A DNA stretch of 34,070 bases, taken from assembly GCA_017554835.1 (NCBI GenBank), contig JAFZHO010000022.1, forward strand, positions 1-34,070, written 5' to 3'. A program made the position numbers and the translations under genes. The stretch's first letter is position 1. The number at the start of each line of letters is the position of its first letter. Positions 9,111 to 17,689 of the stretch are shown in pieces. The notes beneath the pieces were generated by a model. The model did no database searches, was not told the origin of the DNA, and saw only the letters and a program-made list of their open reading frames with translations. This DNA is from Clostridia bacterium (GTDB lineage Bacteria > Bacillota > Clostridia > Oscillospirales > RGIG7773).

Positions 9111-9153
9111 ACTTTACAGATAACTTGACAAATGTAAAGTAAAAATGTATAAT
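9111..9153 (+). promoter_or_regulatory. nadA promoter overlapped by an 8-bp-arm inverted repeat (candidate NiaR operator)
   Basis: -35 TTGACA (9125-9130), 17 nt spacer, -10 TATAAT (9148-9153). ACTTTACA (9111-9118) and TGTAAAGT (9133-9140) bracket the -35 element. Confidence 0.55.
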
Positions 9154-9190
9154 CAATTCTTGTATGTATACTATGTAGGAGACGGAATTG

Positions 9191-10090
9191 ATGAAAGAAA
9201 GAATACAACAGTTAAAAAAAGAAAAGAATGCAGTAATATTAGCCCACTACTATGCTCCTGACGAGGCACAGGAAATTGCAGATTACGTGGGCGATTCCTT
9301 TTATCTTGCAAAGGTGGCAAAAGGAATTTCTGCGGATATAATTATGTTTTGCGGAGTCAGATTTATGGGAGAGAGTGCTAAAATACTTAATCCTGATAAA
9401 AAAGTTCTTATGCCTGATACCTCTGCTGATTGTCCTATGGCTCATATGGTTAAAGAGGGCCTGATTGAGAAAATGAGAGAAGAATACGAGGATTTGGCAG
9501 TTGTTTGCTATATTAACTCCACCGCAGAGCTTAAAAGCAAGAGTGACGTTTGCGTAACCTCTTCAAACGCTATAAAAATCGTTAAATCTCTTCCAAATAA
9601 AAATATATTCTTTATTCCCGATAAAAATCTTGGAAGATACGTTTCTGAGCAGGTGCCCGAAAAGAATATAATATTAAATGATGGATGCTGCCCTATTCAC
9701 GCGAAAATTACGGTTGAGCAGCTTATGGAAACAAAAGAGAAATATCCAGAAGCAAAGGTTCTTTCCCACCCGGAATGCGATGAAAAGATTTTATCTCTTT
9801 CTGATTATATCGGAAGCACTGCAGAGATAATTTCTTACGTTGAAAAAGCGGAAAATGAAGAGTTTATTATCGTTACGGAGATGGGGGTTTTATATCGTCT
9901 TCGTGAAGAAAACCCCACTAAGAAATTCTATTTCCCAAATCCGAATCCTTGCTGCGCTGATATGAAGCTTAATACTCTTGAGAGAATATCAGAAGTTCTT
10001 GAAAAAGAGGAAAATCCAATAGAAATGGAAGAAGAAATGCGGGAAAAAGCATTGGCGCCACTTGAGAAAATGCTTGAACTTGCGAGGTAA
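9191..10090 (+). CDS. nadA: Quinolinate synthase
   Basis: The start is the ATG at 9191 (RBS AGGAGA, 8 nt spacing). NadA hallmarks are present: ILAHYY, DxVGDS, FCGVRFMGESAKIL, CPMA, SHPEC. Confidence 0.93.
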   Translation: MKERIQQLKKEKNAVILAHYYAPDEAQEIADYVGDSFYLAKVAKGISADIIMFCGVRFMGESAKILNPDKKVLMPDTSADCPMAHMVKEGLIEKMREEYEDLAVVCYINSTAELKSKSDVCVTSSNAIKIVKSLPNKNIFFIPDKNLGRYVSEQVPEKNIILNDGCCPIHAKITVEQLMETKEKYPEAKVLSHPECDEKILSLSDYIGSTAEIISYVEKAENEEFIIVTEMGVLYRLREENPTKKFYFPNPNPCCADMKLNTLERISEVLEKEENPIEMEEEMREKALAPLEKMLELAR

Positions 10091-10092
10091 AT

Positions 10093-11367
10093 ATGAAAAC
10101 AGATATACTTATTGTAGGGTGTGGAGTTGCGGGACTTTACTGCGCTTTGAATATGCCCTCTGATAAAAAAATAATCATAGTAACAAAATCAAAAGCCGAT
10201 AAAAGCGATTCTTTTCTTGCCCAGGGAGGAATCTGCGTTTTAAGAGATGAAAATGACCGTGATTCTTTTTATGAGGACACCATGAAAGCAGGTCACTACG
10301 AGAATAATCCTCTTTCCGTTGAGATAATGATAGATTCCTCAAGAGAGGTTATAGAGGATTTGGTTTCCTTTGGGGTTGATTTTGAGAAAAAGGGCGAAGA
10401 TTTTGCATATACCAGAGAGGGCGCTCATTCAAGACCGAGAATATTATTTCACGCCGACGAAACGGGAAAAGAGATAACCTCAAAACTTCTTGAAAGAGCC
10501 AAAGAGAGAGAAAATATCACTCTTATAGAAAATTTCACTATGGTTGATCTGATTTGCAAAAATAAGGAATGCTTTGGGATTATCGGCCATGACGAAAATA
10601 AAAAATATAGTAAAATAATCGCAGATTATACTATTTTAGCAACGGGTGGAATCGGCGGACTTTTCCCTCATTCCACAAATTACAGACACTTAACGGGAGA
10701 TGCTCTTGCCCTCGCCATAAAATATGGAATCAGACTTAAGAATATTGATTATATTCAGATTCACCCCACCACTCTTTATACAAAGAATGAGGGCCGAGAA
10801 TTTCTGATTTCTGAATCGGTGCGGGGAGAGGGCGCTATTCTTCTTGATAAAAACGGAGATAGATTTATTAACGAGCTTTTGCCCAGGGACGTTGTTGCAA
10901 ATGGAATTTATGAGCAAATGAAAAAAGAGGGAAGCGAAAACGTATGGCTTTCTTTTGCGCCTATTCCCGAGGAAGAAATAAAAACTCATTTCCCCAATAT
11001 TTATAGAAAATGCCTTGAAGAAGGATATGACGTAACAAAAGAGCCGATTCCCGTAGTTCCATCCCAGCATTATTTTATGGGAGGAATCGACGTTGATAAA
11101 AACAGCAAAACCTCTTTTGAAAGATTATATGCCGCGGGGGAGACATCTTGTAACGGTGTTCACGGAAAAAACCGACTTGCAAGTAATTCTCTTCTTGAAA
11201 GTCTTGTTTTTGCAAAAAGAGCGGCAAATGATATTTTAGAAAATTATAAAGGGGCAAAGGAAATTCCCGAACCCGAAATAAACGAGTTTGAATACGAAAA
11301 CTACAAAGAAAAATATAAAGAGATAGTTCTTTCTGAAATTGAAAAGGAGAAAAAAAGCCATGAATGA
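10093..11367 (+). CDS. nadB: L-aspartate oxidase
   Basis: FAD dinucleotide fold DILIVGCGVAGL, plus AQGGI, HPT and RLASNSLLE motifs. It sits between nadA and nadC. Confidence 0.93.
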   Translation: MKTDILIVGCGVAGLYCALNMPSDKKIIIVTKSKADKSDSFLAQGGICVLRDENDRDSFYEDTMKAGHYENNPLSVEIMIDSSREVIEDLVSFGVDFEKKGEDFAYTREGAHSRPRILFHADETGKEITSKLLERAKERENITLIENFTMVDLICKNKECFGIIGHDENKKYSKIIADYTILATGGIGGLFPHSTNYRHLTGDALALAIKYGIRLKNIDYIQIHPTTLYTKNEGREFLISESVRGEGAILLDKNGDRFINELLPRDVVANGIYEQMKKEGSENVWLSFAPIPEEEIKTHFPNIYRKCLEEGYDVTKEPIPVVPSQHYFMGGIDVDKNSKTSFERLYAAGETSCNGVHGKNRLASNSLLESLVFAKRAANDILENYKGAKEIPEPEINEFEYENYKEKYKEIVLSEIEKEKKSHE

Positions 11368-12211
11368 AATCACAATGACAATAAATGCAGACCAGCTTAT
11401 AATGAGCGCTCTTAAAGAAGATATTTCAAACGAGGATATTTCAACAAACGCCATAATGAAAGAGTTTCAGATGGGCGAGGTTGACCTTATTTGCAAGGAA
11501 GATGGCGTTATTGCAGGACTTGAGGTTTTTAAAAGAGCTTTCACTCTTCTTGACGAGAAGGTAGAGGCGACCTTTTACTGCAAGGATGGAGACGAGGTTA
11601 AAAACGGACAGAAGCTTGGGGTTATCCGTGGGGATATCAGAGTTCTTCTTTCCGGAGAGAGAACTGCTCTTAACTTCCTGCAGAGAATGAGCGGAATTGC
11701 AACTTATACAAAATCTATTGCAAAATATCTTGAGGGAAGCAAAACAAAACTTCTTGACACAAGAAAAACCACTCCAAATATGAGAATATTTGAAAAATAC
11801 GCCGTTAAAGTAGGTGGCGGAAATAACCACCGTTATAATCTCAGCGATGGAATTATGCTTAAAGATAATCATATCGGCGCAGCAGGAAGCATAAAAAAAG
11901 CCGTTGCCATGGCAAAAGAATATGCTTCATTCGTGAGAAAAATTGAGGTCGAGGTTGAAAATCTTGATATGCTTTATGAGGCACTTGAGGCAGGCGCAGA
12001 TATTATAATGCTTGATAATATGAGCGTTGAAGATATGAAAGAGGCAGTAAGAATTTGCAACGGAAAAGCAGAAATCGAATGCAGCGGAAACGTTACAAAA
12101 GAAAATATTGAAAGACTTATTGATATCGGAGTTGATTATATTTCAAGTGGGGCTTTGACTCACTCAGCTCCTATAATGGACCTTTCTCTTAAAAATCTTC
12201 ACGCTATATAG
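11360..12211 (+). CDS. nadC: Nicotinate-nucleotide pyrophosphorylase (carboxylating)
   Basis: The likely start is the ATG at 11360, overlapping the nadB stop by 8 nt (RBS AAGGAG). Motifs: ALKEDI...DISTNAI, ERTALNFLQRMSGIAT, LDTRKTTP, MLDNM. Confidence 0.9.
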   Translation: MNEITMTINADQLIMSALKEDISNEDISTNAIMKEFQMGEVDLICKEDGVIAGLEVFKRAFTLLDEKVEATFYCKDGDEVKNGQKLGVIRGDIRVLLSGERTALNFLQRMSGIATYTKSIAKYLEGSKTKLLDTRKTTPNMRIFEKYAVKVGGGNNHRYNLSDGIMLKDNHIGAAGSIKKAVAMAKEYASFVRKIEVEVENLDMLYEALEAGADIIMLDNMSVEDMKEAVRICNGKAEIECSGNVTKENIERLIDIGVDYISSGALTHSAPIMDLSLKNLHAI

Positions 12212-12221
12212 AGGTGAAAAA

Positions 12222-12734
12222 ATGAAGGCAGAGGAAAGAAGAAAAGGAATTATAAACCTTTTATTATCTTCGGAAAAACCTGTTTCGGGGGGAGAACTTG
12301 CTTCTACCTTTGGGGTTTCAAGGCAGATAGTGGTTTCGGATATTTCCATTCTCAAAGCGTCAGGGTATGATATACTTTCCACCCATAGTGGATACGTTAT
12401 TCAAAAATCCCCTCTGGAAGAAAGGGTTTTTAAACTATATCATACTACTTCTCAGACGGAAGACGAACTTAATACCATTATAGACGAGGGCGGAACGGTA
12501 GTTGACGTTTTTGTCTGGCATAAGGTTTATGGAAAACTTACCGCCAATCTTAATATTTATACCCATCATCATATAAAGCAGTTCATCGAAGGGGTCAGAA
12601 CAGGAAAATCCTCGGAACTTATGAATATTACGGGTGGGTATCATTACCATACCGTAAGGGCGAATAAGAAAGAAATTCTTGATAGAATTTTTAATAAGCT
12701 GAACGAAAAAGGATATATCGCTCAGGGAGACTAA
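12222..12734 (+). CDS. niaR: NiaR (YrxA)-type transcriptional repressor of NAD biosynthesis (HTH_11 plus 3H domain)
   Basis: N-terminal winged HTH (RRKGIINLLLSSEKPVSGGELASTFGVSRQIVVSDISILKASGYDI). The His-rich C-terminal domain (HHHIKQ...GGYHYHT) matches the 3H domain. It is the last gene of the nadABC operon. Confidence 0.85.
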   Translation: MKAEERRKGIINLLLSSEKPVSGGELASTFGVSRQIVVSDISILKASGYDILSTHSGYVIQKSPLEERVFKLYHTTSQTEDELNTIIDEGGTVVDVFVWHKVYGKLTANLNIYTHHHIKQFIEGVRTGKSSELMNITGGYHYHTVRANKKEILDRIFNKLNEKGYIAQGD

Positions 12735-12749
12735 GGTCTCCCTTTTTTT
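12725..12749 (+). terminator. Rho-independent terminator of the nad operon
   Basis: GGGAGAC-taag-GTCTCCC followed by T7. The stem overlaps the niaR stop codon. Confidence 0.6.
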
Positions 12750-12818
12750 ATGCAAAATTGTTGTTGCTTTTAAATATATATGGTATAATAATAGAAATTT
12801 TCAAGAAGGATAAAAATT

Positions 12819-13379
12819 ATGCTTATTTCATTATTTTTAACGTTTTTCAAGTTAGGTCTTTTCACCTTTGGCGGTGGCTATGCTATGATTGCAAATATAC
12901 GCGAGCTTGTCGTTGAAAAGAATAAATGGCTTGACGAGGAAGAACTTTTAAAGGTTATAACAATCGCAGAATCAACTCCCGGTCCTATTGCTATCAATAT
13001 GGCGACCTACGTGGGCTATAAGAAAAAAGGAGTTTTGGGCAGTTTCTTTGCAACTCTTGGAGTCGTTTTGCCTTCCCTTATTATAATTTACGTAATCTCT
13101 CTTTTTCTTGATAGTTTTATGGCGAATAAATACGTTGCCTATGCTTTTTCGGGAATTAAATGTGGAGTTTCCTTTCTTATTATAAAAGCAGGATTGACAA
13201 TGCTAAAAAAAGTCGAAAAAAAACCTCTCCCTCTTATTTGCTTCGGAGCGGTTTTCGGACTTATGATTATATTTGAGCTTTTTGCAGTTTCTATAAGCTC
13301 GGTTGTGCTTATCCTTTCAGGAGGAATAATCGGCATAATCGCTTATGCGTTGCCTTTGAGAAAGGAGGAGACAAAATGA
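12819..13379 (+). CDS. Chromate transporter family protein (short CHR, half 1)
   Basis: 186 aa with FKLGLFTFGGGYAMI and ESTPGPIAINMATYVGY, which are CHR family signatures. Confidence 0.85.
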   Translation: MLISLFLTFFKLGLFTFGGGYAMIANIRELVVEKNKWLDEEELLKVITIAESTPGPIAINMATYVGYKKKGVLGSFFATLGVVLPSLIIIYVISLFLDSFMANKYVAYAFSGIKCGVSFLIIKAGLTMLKKVEKKPLPLICFGAVFGLMIIFELFAVSISSVVLILSGGIIGIIAYALPLRKEETK

Positions 13380-13951
13380 TTTACGTTATTTTGTTTTTCG
13401 AATTTTTCAAGGTAGGACTTTTCACCTTTGGCGGCGGATATGCAATGATTCCTCTTATTGAGGAGCTTGTTATAGGGCGCAGTTGGCTTAGCCAGACGCA
13501 GTTTTATGATTTTATCGGAGTTTGCGAATCCACGCCGGGACCCGTTGCTATAAATATGGCAACTTATATCGGTTCTACTCAGGGCGGACTTTTGGGAAGT
13601 ATAGTCGCAACGGCAGGCGTCGTTTTGCCCTCGTTTTTGATTATTCTGCTTGTTGCTTCCGTTTTGAAAAACTTTGAAGAAAATAAGTTCGTAAAAGCAT
13701 TTCTCAAAGGAGTTAAACCCGTTGTCGTTGCTCTTATCGTTTCAACGGGAGTAGTTCTTCTTGCAAAAGCTTTCGGCTACGTTTCTCTTTCAGAGTTTAA
13801 TGCAGACTTTATTTCGATTATTATATTCGCTTTAATAACGGGAATATATTTTGCTATGCAAAAATTCTTTAAAATAAAATTATCAGCAGTAAAAATTATA
13901 CTTATTTCCGCAGCGCTTGGAATATGTATATCACTAATAGGAGGAAAATAA
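13376..13951 (+). CDS. Chromate transporter family protein (short CHR, half 2)
   Basis: 191 aa paralogue of the preceding gene (FKVGLFTFGGGYAMIP, ESTPGPVAINMATYIG). ATGA start/stop overlap with half 1. Confidence 0.85.
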   Translation: MIYVILFFEFFKVGLFTFGGGYAMIPLIEELVIGRSWLSQTQFYDFIGVCESTPGPVAINMATYIGSTQGGLLGSIVATAGVVLPSFLIILLVASVLKNFEENKFVKAFLKGVKPVVVALIVSTGVVLLAKAFGYVSLSEFNADFISIIIFALITGIYFAMQKFFKIKLSAVKIILISAALGICISLIGGK

Positions 13952-13952
13952 A

Positions 13953-14597
13953 ATGACTTTTAAAAACGTAGTAATTTTTGGAGATAGTTATTCAACTTAC
14001 GAAGGCGCAAATCCCGAAGGATATGCCGTTTATTACAAAAAACAGCAGGCAGAGGATAGCCCCTGGCCAATGTCTATAAACGAGACCTGGTGGCATCCGC
14101 TTTTATCTGAGACTAATTCAAATCTTGTTATAAACGATAGCTGGTCAGGATCCACGATTGGTTATACTGGTTATAATGGCGAGGATTTATCTCAGACTTG
14201 TTCCTTTATCAAAAGATTAAGAAACTACGAAGAAAAGGGCTTCTTTAATGATAAAGAGGTTGACACGGTTTTTATCCTTGGTGGAACAAACGATAACTGG
14301 GCAGGCGCACCTATCGGGGAAATTAAGTATGAAAACTGGGAAGAAAAAGATCTTTATTCTTTCTTGCCTGCTTTTTGCTATTTTGTTGATAAAGCAAAAG
14401 AGGTTTTCAAAAAAGCAGAGATTATCGTTATTATAAGCGGCGCGTTAAAAGGCGTTATGCGTGATGGAATGAAAGAAGTTTGCCATCATCATAATATGAG
14501 ATACGTTGAGTTCAAGAATTTTGACCAGTTATACGGCCATCCAACAGCCAAGGGAATGAAAGATATTAAAGATCAGATTATTGAAGGATTGAAATAA
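13953..14597 (+). CDS. SGNH/GDSL-type hydrolase
   Basis: Block I VVIFGDSYS with a putative nucleophile Ser, block III GGTNDNW, and a C-terminal YGHP (possible D..H block). RBS AGGAGG. Confidence 0.7.
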   Translation: MTFKNVVIFGDSYSTYEGANPEGYAVYYKKQQAEDSPWPMSINETWWHPLLSETNSNLVINDSWSGSTIGYTGYNGEDLSQTCSFIKRLRNYEEKGFFNDKEVDTVFILGGTNDNWAGAPIGEIKYENWEEKDLYSFLPAFCYFVDKAKEVFKKAEIIVIISGALKGVMRDGMKEVCHHHNMRYVEFKNFDQLYGHPTAKGMKDIKDQIIEGLK

Positions 14598-14632
14598 AAA
14601 AACAGGTTTTGCTTTTAGCAAAACCTGTTTTT
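14597..14632. terminator. Bidirectional terminator between the SGNH hydrolase and trpB
   Basis: AAAAAACAGGTTTTGC-tttta-GCAAAACCTGTTTTT. Confidence 0.75.
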
Positions 14633-14634
14633 CT

Positions 14635-15855
14635 TTATCTTATTCCGTATTTTTCAATTATATAGTCCATATCTTTATCGCCTCGACCGGATAAGCAAAT
14701 AAGAACGGAGCCTTTTCCCATTTCTTTTGCAAGTTTCATACCGTAGGCAACTGCGTGGGAACTTTCGATAGCGGGGATAATTCCCTCAAGTCTTGATAAA
14801 GTGAAGAAAGCATCGATGGTTTCTTCATCGTTTATAACGTCGTATTTAACTCTGCCCAAGTCGTGAAGATAAGCGTGCTCAGGACCGGATGATGGATAAT
14901 CAAGACCACTTGCAACGGAATAAACGGGAGCGGGTTCGCCGTTTTCGTCTTTTAGCATAATGCTATTAAATCCGTGCATAATACCTTCTTCTCCGTAGGT
15001 AAGACTTGCAGCGTGGTCACCAAGGGATGGGCCTCTTCCGAGAGGTTCAACTCCATATATATCAACGGGATCGTTCAAAAATCCTGAGAACATACCCATT
15101 GAGTTTGAACCACCACCAACGCAGGCAACAACCGCATCAGGAAGTTCGCCCGTCATTTCGATAAACTGCTCTCTTGCCTCAATACCAACAACGCTCTGGA
15201 AATCACGAACCATCATAGGGAATGGATGGGGACCTAAAACAGAGCCGATGCAGTAGATAGCGTCTTTATATTCTTTTGAATATGCATCAAAAGCGGCATC
15301 AACTGCTTCTTTCAGGGTTGCAAGTCCGTGAGTAACCTCGCGAACGTTAGCTCCGAGGATTTTCATTCTTGCAACGTTTGGCGCCTGCTTCTGAATATCA
15401 ACGGTGCCCATATAGATATCGCATTCAAGGCCGAAATATGCTGCCGCAGTTGCAAGAGCAACGCCGTGCTGACCTGCGCCTGTTTCGGCGATTATTTTCT
15501 TTTTGCCCATATATTTTGCCAAAAGGGCCTCGCCCATACAGTGATTAAGTTTATGAGCGCCCGTATGGTTTAAGTCCTCACGCTTAACGTAAAGCTGAAC
15601 CCCTGTTCCGATTTTGTCGGAAAGTCTCTCAAGATGGGAGATGGGGGTTGGTCTTCCCTGGAATTCTTTTCTTATGCGGCGAAGCTCGCTTATGAATTTT
15701 CTTGATTTACAGATGGTGAAATAAGCATCTGTGATCTCTTTCATAGCGTCCTGAAGTTCCGGAGCGATAAAGCATCCGCCGTATTTACCGAAATAACCGT
15801 TTTTATCCGGGTAGTTTTTTAGATAAGTATCAAAATCAACATTATTAAAGTTCAT
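14635..15855 (-). CDS. trpB: Tryptophan synthase beta chain (TrpB1-like)
   Basis: 406 aa, collinear with canonical TrpB: [23 protein letters not shown] (PLP Lys), [32 protein letters not shown]. No other trp gene lies on either side within the window. Confidence 0.92.
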   Translation of the reverse strand: MNFNNVDFDTYLKNYPDKNGYFGKYGGCFIAPELQDAMKEITDAYFTICKSRKFISELRRIRKEFQGRPTPISHLERLSDKIGTGVQLYVKREDLNHTGAHKLNHCMGEALLAKYMGKKKIIAETGAGQHGVALATAAAYFGLECDIYMGTVDIQKQAPNVARMKILGANVREVTHGLATLKEAVDAAFDAYSKEYKDAIYCIGSVLGPHPFPMMVRDFQSVVGIEAREQFIEMTGELPDAVVACVGGGSNSMGMFSGFLNDPVDIYGVEPLGRGPSLGDHAASLTYGEEGIMHGFNSIMLKDENGEPAPVYSVASGLDYPSSGPEHAYLHDLGRVKYDVINDEETIDAFFTLSRLEGIIPAIESSHAVAYGMKLAKEMGKGSVLICLSGRGDKDMDYIIEKYGIR

Positions 15856-15943
15856 ATTTTATTCCTCCAAAAAATATAGTATTAATTAATTATTTTTTTA
15901 AAGGTCGCCATCGTTTTGTCAGTAACATAATAAGTTCCTCCAT

Positions 15944-16224
15944 AAAAATAAAAAAATCCTTGACAGAAATAATCTATCAAGGACGAATAAACTTATCCGC
16001 GGTGCCACCTTGAATTCATAGGAATAACCTATGCTCTCAAAAGGATACAATCATATCCCCTGCAACTTACGTATGCTATCACGTTGCAGCTTAATCTGCC
16101 ATTATAGGCATTTGACTGCACCCTCAGCGGCCCATTTGACAATCAGATTCCTGCCCGAATTCCAGCGCCTCGGACTCTCTTTAAGGTCATAACTGCCTTT
16201 ACTCCCGCATCAACGGTTTATATT
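15944..16224 (-). promoter_or_regulatory. T-box leader (tRNA-Trp responsive) with intrinsic terminator, upstream of trpB
   Basis: Read on the minus strand. Stem I has AGTA and AGAGAG elements. The T-box sequence AATTCAAGGTGGCACCGCGG is the complement of 15997-16016. The terminator is TCCTTGA-13 nt-TCAAGGA followed by TTTTTTTATTTTT (15944-15983). The proposed specifier UGG is the complement of 16132-16134, in the context AAA-UGG-G before helix CCGC, which pairs with the 5' GCGG. Confidence 0.8.
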
Positions 16225-16230
16225 AAATTA

Positions 16231-16259
16231 AGTATATCATTTCAAAAAAAAATTGTCAA
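16231..16259 (-). promoter_or_regulatory. Promoter of the T-box/trpB transcript
   Basis: Minus strand TTGACA (complement of 16254-16259), 17 nt spacer, TATACT (complement of 16231-16236). Confidence 0.55.
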
Positions 16260-16324
16260 TAGAAAGTGTTTTCTTTTATTTTGGGATTTATTATGGTATA
16301 ATGTCATAAATAGGAGGGATTTTT

Positions 16325-16753
16325 ATGAGAAAAAAACTTCAGGAAAAAATGTTTGAATCAAGTTACATATTCGAATTATTGATATCTTTTGTGGTAGGCG
16401 TGGGTATTTTGATTTTTACTGCACGTCTTATCGTTGATACGGCAAATCTTGCAATTTCTTTTGACAAAGTAGATTCAATGGTAAAAATTCTTGATGATGC
16501 AATTATTCTTGCCATCGGCGCCGAAATGATAAAAATGCTTTGTAAGCATACCCCTGAGACTATAATAGAGGTTCTCGCATTTGCACTTGCCCGTCAGCTT
16601 ATCGTTGGCCACGCAGAACCTTTGCAAAATCTTATTACCGTTATTGCTATTGCCATACTTTTTGCAGTGAGAAGATTTCTTCTGAAAAATCAGGATATGG
16701 TAGAAACTCCTGACGGCTTTGTTAAGGCGGAAAATGAAGTTCAGGGAGAATAG
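16325..16753 (+). CDS. PsiE-family (phosphate-starvation-inducible E-like) membrane protein
   Basis: 142 aa with about four hydrophobic helices. The segment AFALARQLIVGHAEPLQNLITVIAIAILF parallels E. coli PsiE [39 protein letters not shown]. An extended -10 TGgTATAAT lies at 16294-16302. Confidence 0.6.
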   Translation: MRKKLQEKMFESSYIFELLISFVVGVGILIFTARLIVDTANLAISFDKVDSMVKILDDAIILAIGAEMIKMLCKHTPETIIEVLAFALARQLIVGHAEPLQNLITVIAIAILFAVRRFLLKNQDMVETPDGFVKAENEVQGE

Positions 16754-16755
16754 AT

Positions 16756-17685
16756 ATGAAAACAGTTTTTATTGTAAATCCTATGGCAGGCCAGGGAAAA
16801 AATACCGAAAAAATAATCAGGGATATAAAACTTGCAGCTGAAAAAGCAAAAGCAGAGGTTATAACTTATATAACAAAAGCCGTAGGAGATGCCAAAGAGT
16901 TTACGAAATCCTACTGCAAGAAAAACGGACCTGCAAGATTTATCTCCTGCGGAGGAGACGGAACGCTAAACGAGGTTCTTAACGGAATGATAGACTGCGA
17001 GGGCGCTCAAATCGGCGTTATTCCTCAGGGAACGGGAAACGATTTTTATAAAAACTTCCGCGAAAAAGGGGAGTTTTCCGATGCTTATTCCCATATAATC
17101 GGAAAAACCGAAAAATGCGACGTTATAAAATATAAAACCCTTCTGGGTGGCAAGGAAAAAACCGATTACTGTATCAATATGATAAATATTGGTTTTGACT
17201 GCAACGTTGCGGATATGACGGGAGATATGAAGAAAAAACCGTTTATATCAGGTTCTCTTGCTTATTTCTTATCAATATTTGTTACCCTTGTTAAGAAAAA
17301 AGGTGCAAATCTTCTTGTTGAACTGGATGGAGAAAAGGTTCATGAGGGGCCACTTCTTCTTGCGTCTATTGCTAACGGATGCTACTGCGGTGGTGGAATA
17401 AAAAGCAATCCTCTTGCCGAGATTTCTGATGGACTTATCAATATAAATATTATAAAAGATATTCCAAGAAGAAAATTTATACCCCTTCTTCCTTATTATA
17501 TGAAAGGAACTCATATGGGGATAAAAAATATTGAAAAGATTATTATTTCTCCAAAATGCAAAAAAGTCACCATAACCCCTCTTGATGGGGATATTCGCAT
17601 CTGTAACGACGGAGAAATTCAAGACGCAGGCAAAACCGAGTTTGAAATACTCCATAACGCCGTGGATTTTGTTATACCGAGGTAG
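16756..17685 (+). CDS. Diacylglycerol-kinase-family lipid kinase (YegS/BmrU/DagK type)
   Basis: 309 aa with IVNPMAGQGK and the GGDGTLNEV catalytic-domain motif, then GVIPQGTGNDF. Confidence 0.85.
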   Translation: MKTVFIVNPMAGQGKNTEKIIRDIKLAAEKAKAEVITYITKAVGDAKEFTKSYCKKNGPARFISCGGDGTLNEVLNGMIDCEGAQIGVIPQGTGNDFYKNFREKGEFSDAYSHIIGKTEKCDVIKYKTLLGGKEKTDYCINMINIGFDCNVADMTGDMKKKPFISGSLAYFLSIFVTLVKKKGANLLVELDGEKVHEGPLLLASIANGCYCGGGIKSNPLAEISDGLININIIKDIPRRKFIPLLPYYMKGTHMGIKNIEKIIISPKCKKVTITPLDGDIRICNDGEIQDAGKTEFEILHNAVDFVIPR

Positions 17686-17689
17686 AAAA

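Noticed and set aside
11441-11872. 143-aa minus-strand ORF, and 10690..11070 (126 aa)
   Set aside because: They are antisense to nadC and nadB respectively, both of which have unambiguous family motifs. There is no RBS or family resemblance.
12819-13951. Split chromate-transporter pair as an unusual feature
   Set aside because: Adjacent pairs of short CHR-family genes (homologous halves with an ATGA overlap) are a well-known arrangement in Firmicutes, so there is nothing anomalous here.
16253-16300. Possible Pho-box upstream of the PsiE-like operon
   Set aside because: I found no pair of TT(A/T/C)ACA-like hexamers with the 11-bp phasing expected for PhoP boxes. Only a single TTGTCA is present, and it is the -35 element of the opposite-strand trpB promoter.
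17582-17689. Upstream extension of the CN-hydrolase/GDPD ORF that overlaps the lipid-kinase gene by about 100 nt
   Set aside because: The extension has no RBS and encodes a low-complexity peptide in another frame of the kinase gene. The ATG at 17690 has a GAGGT RBS and gives the canonical MKVCIVQPE nitrilase-family N-terminus.
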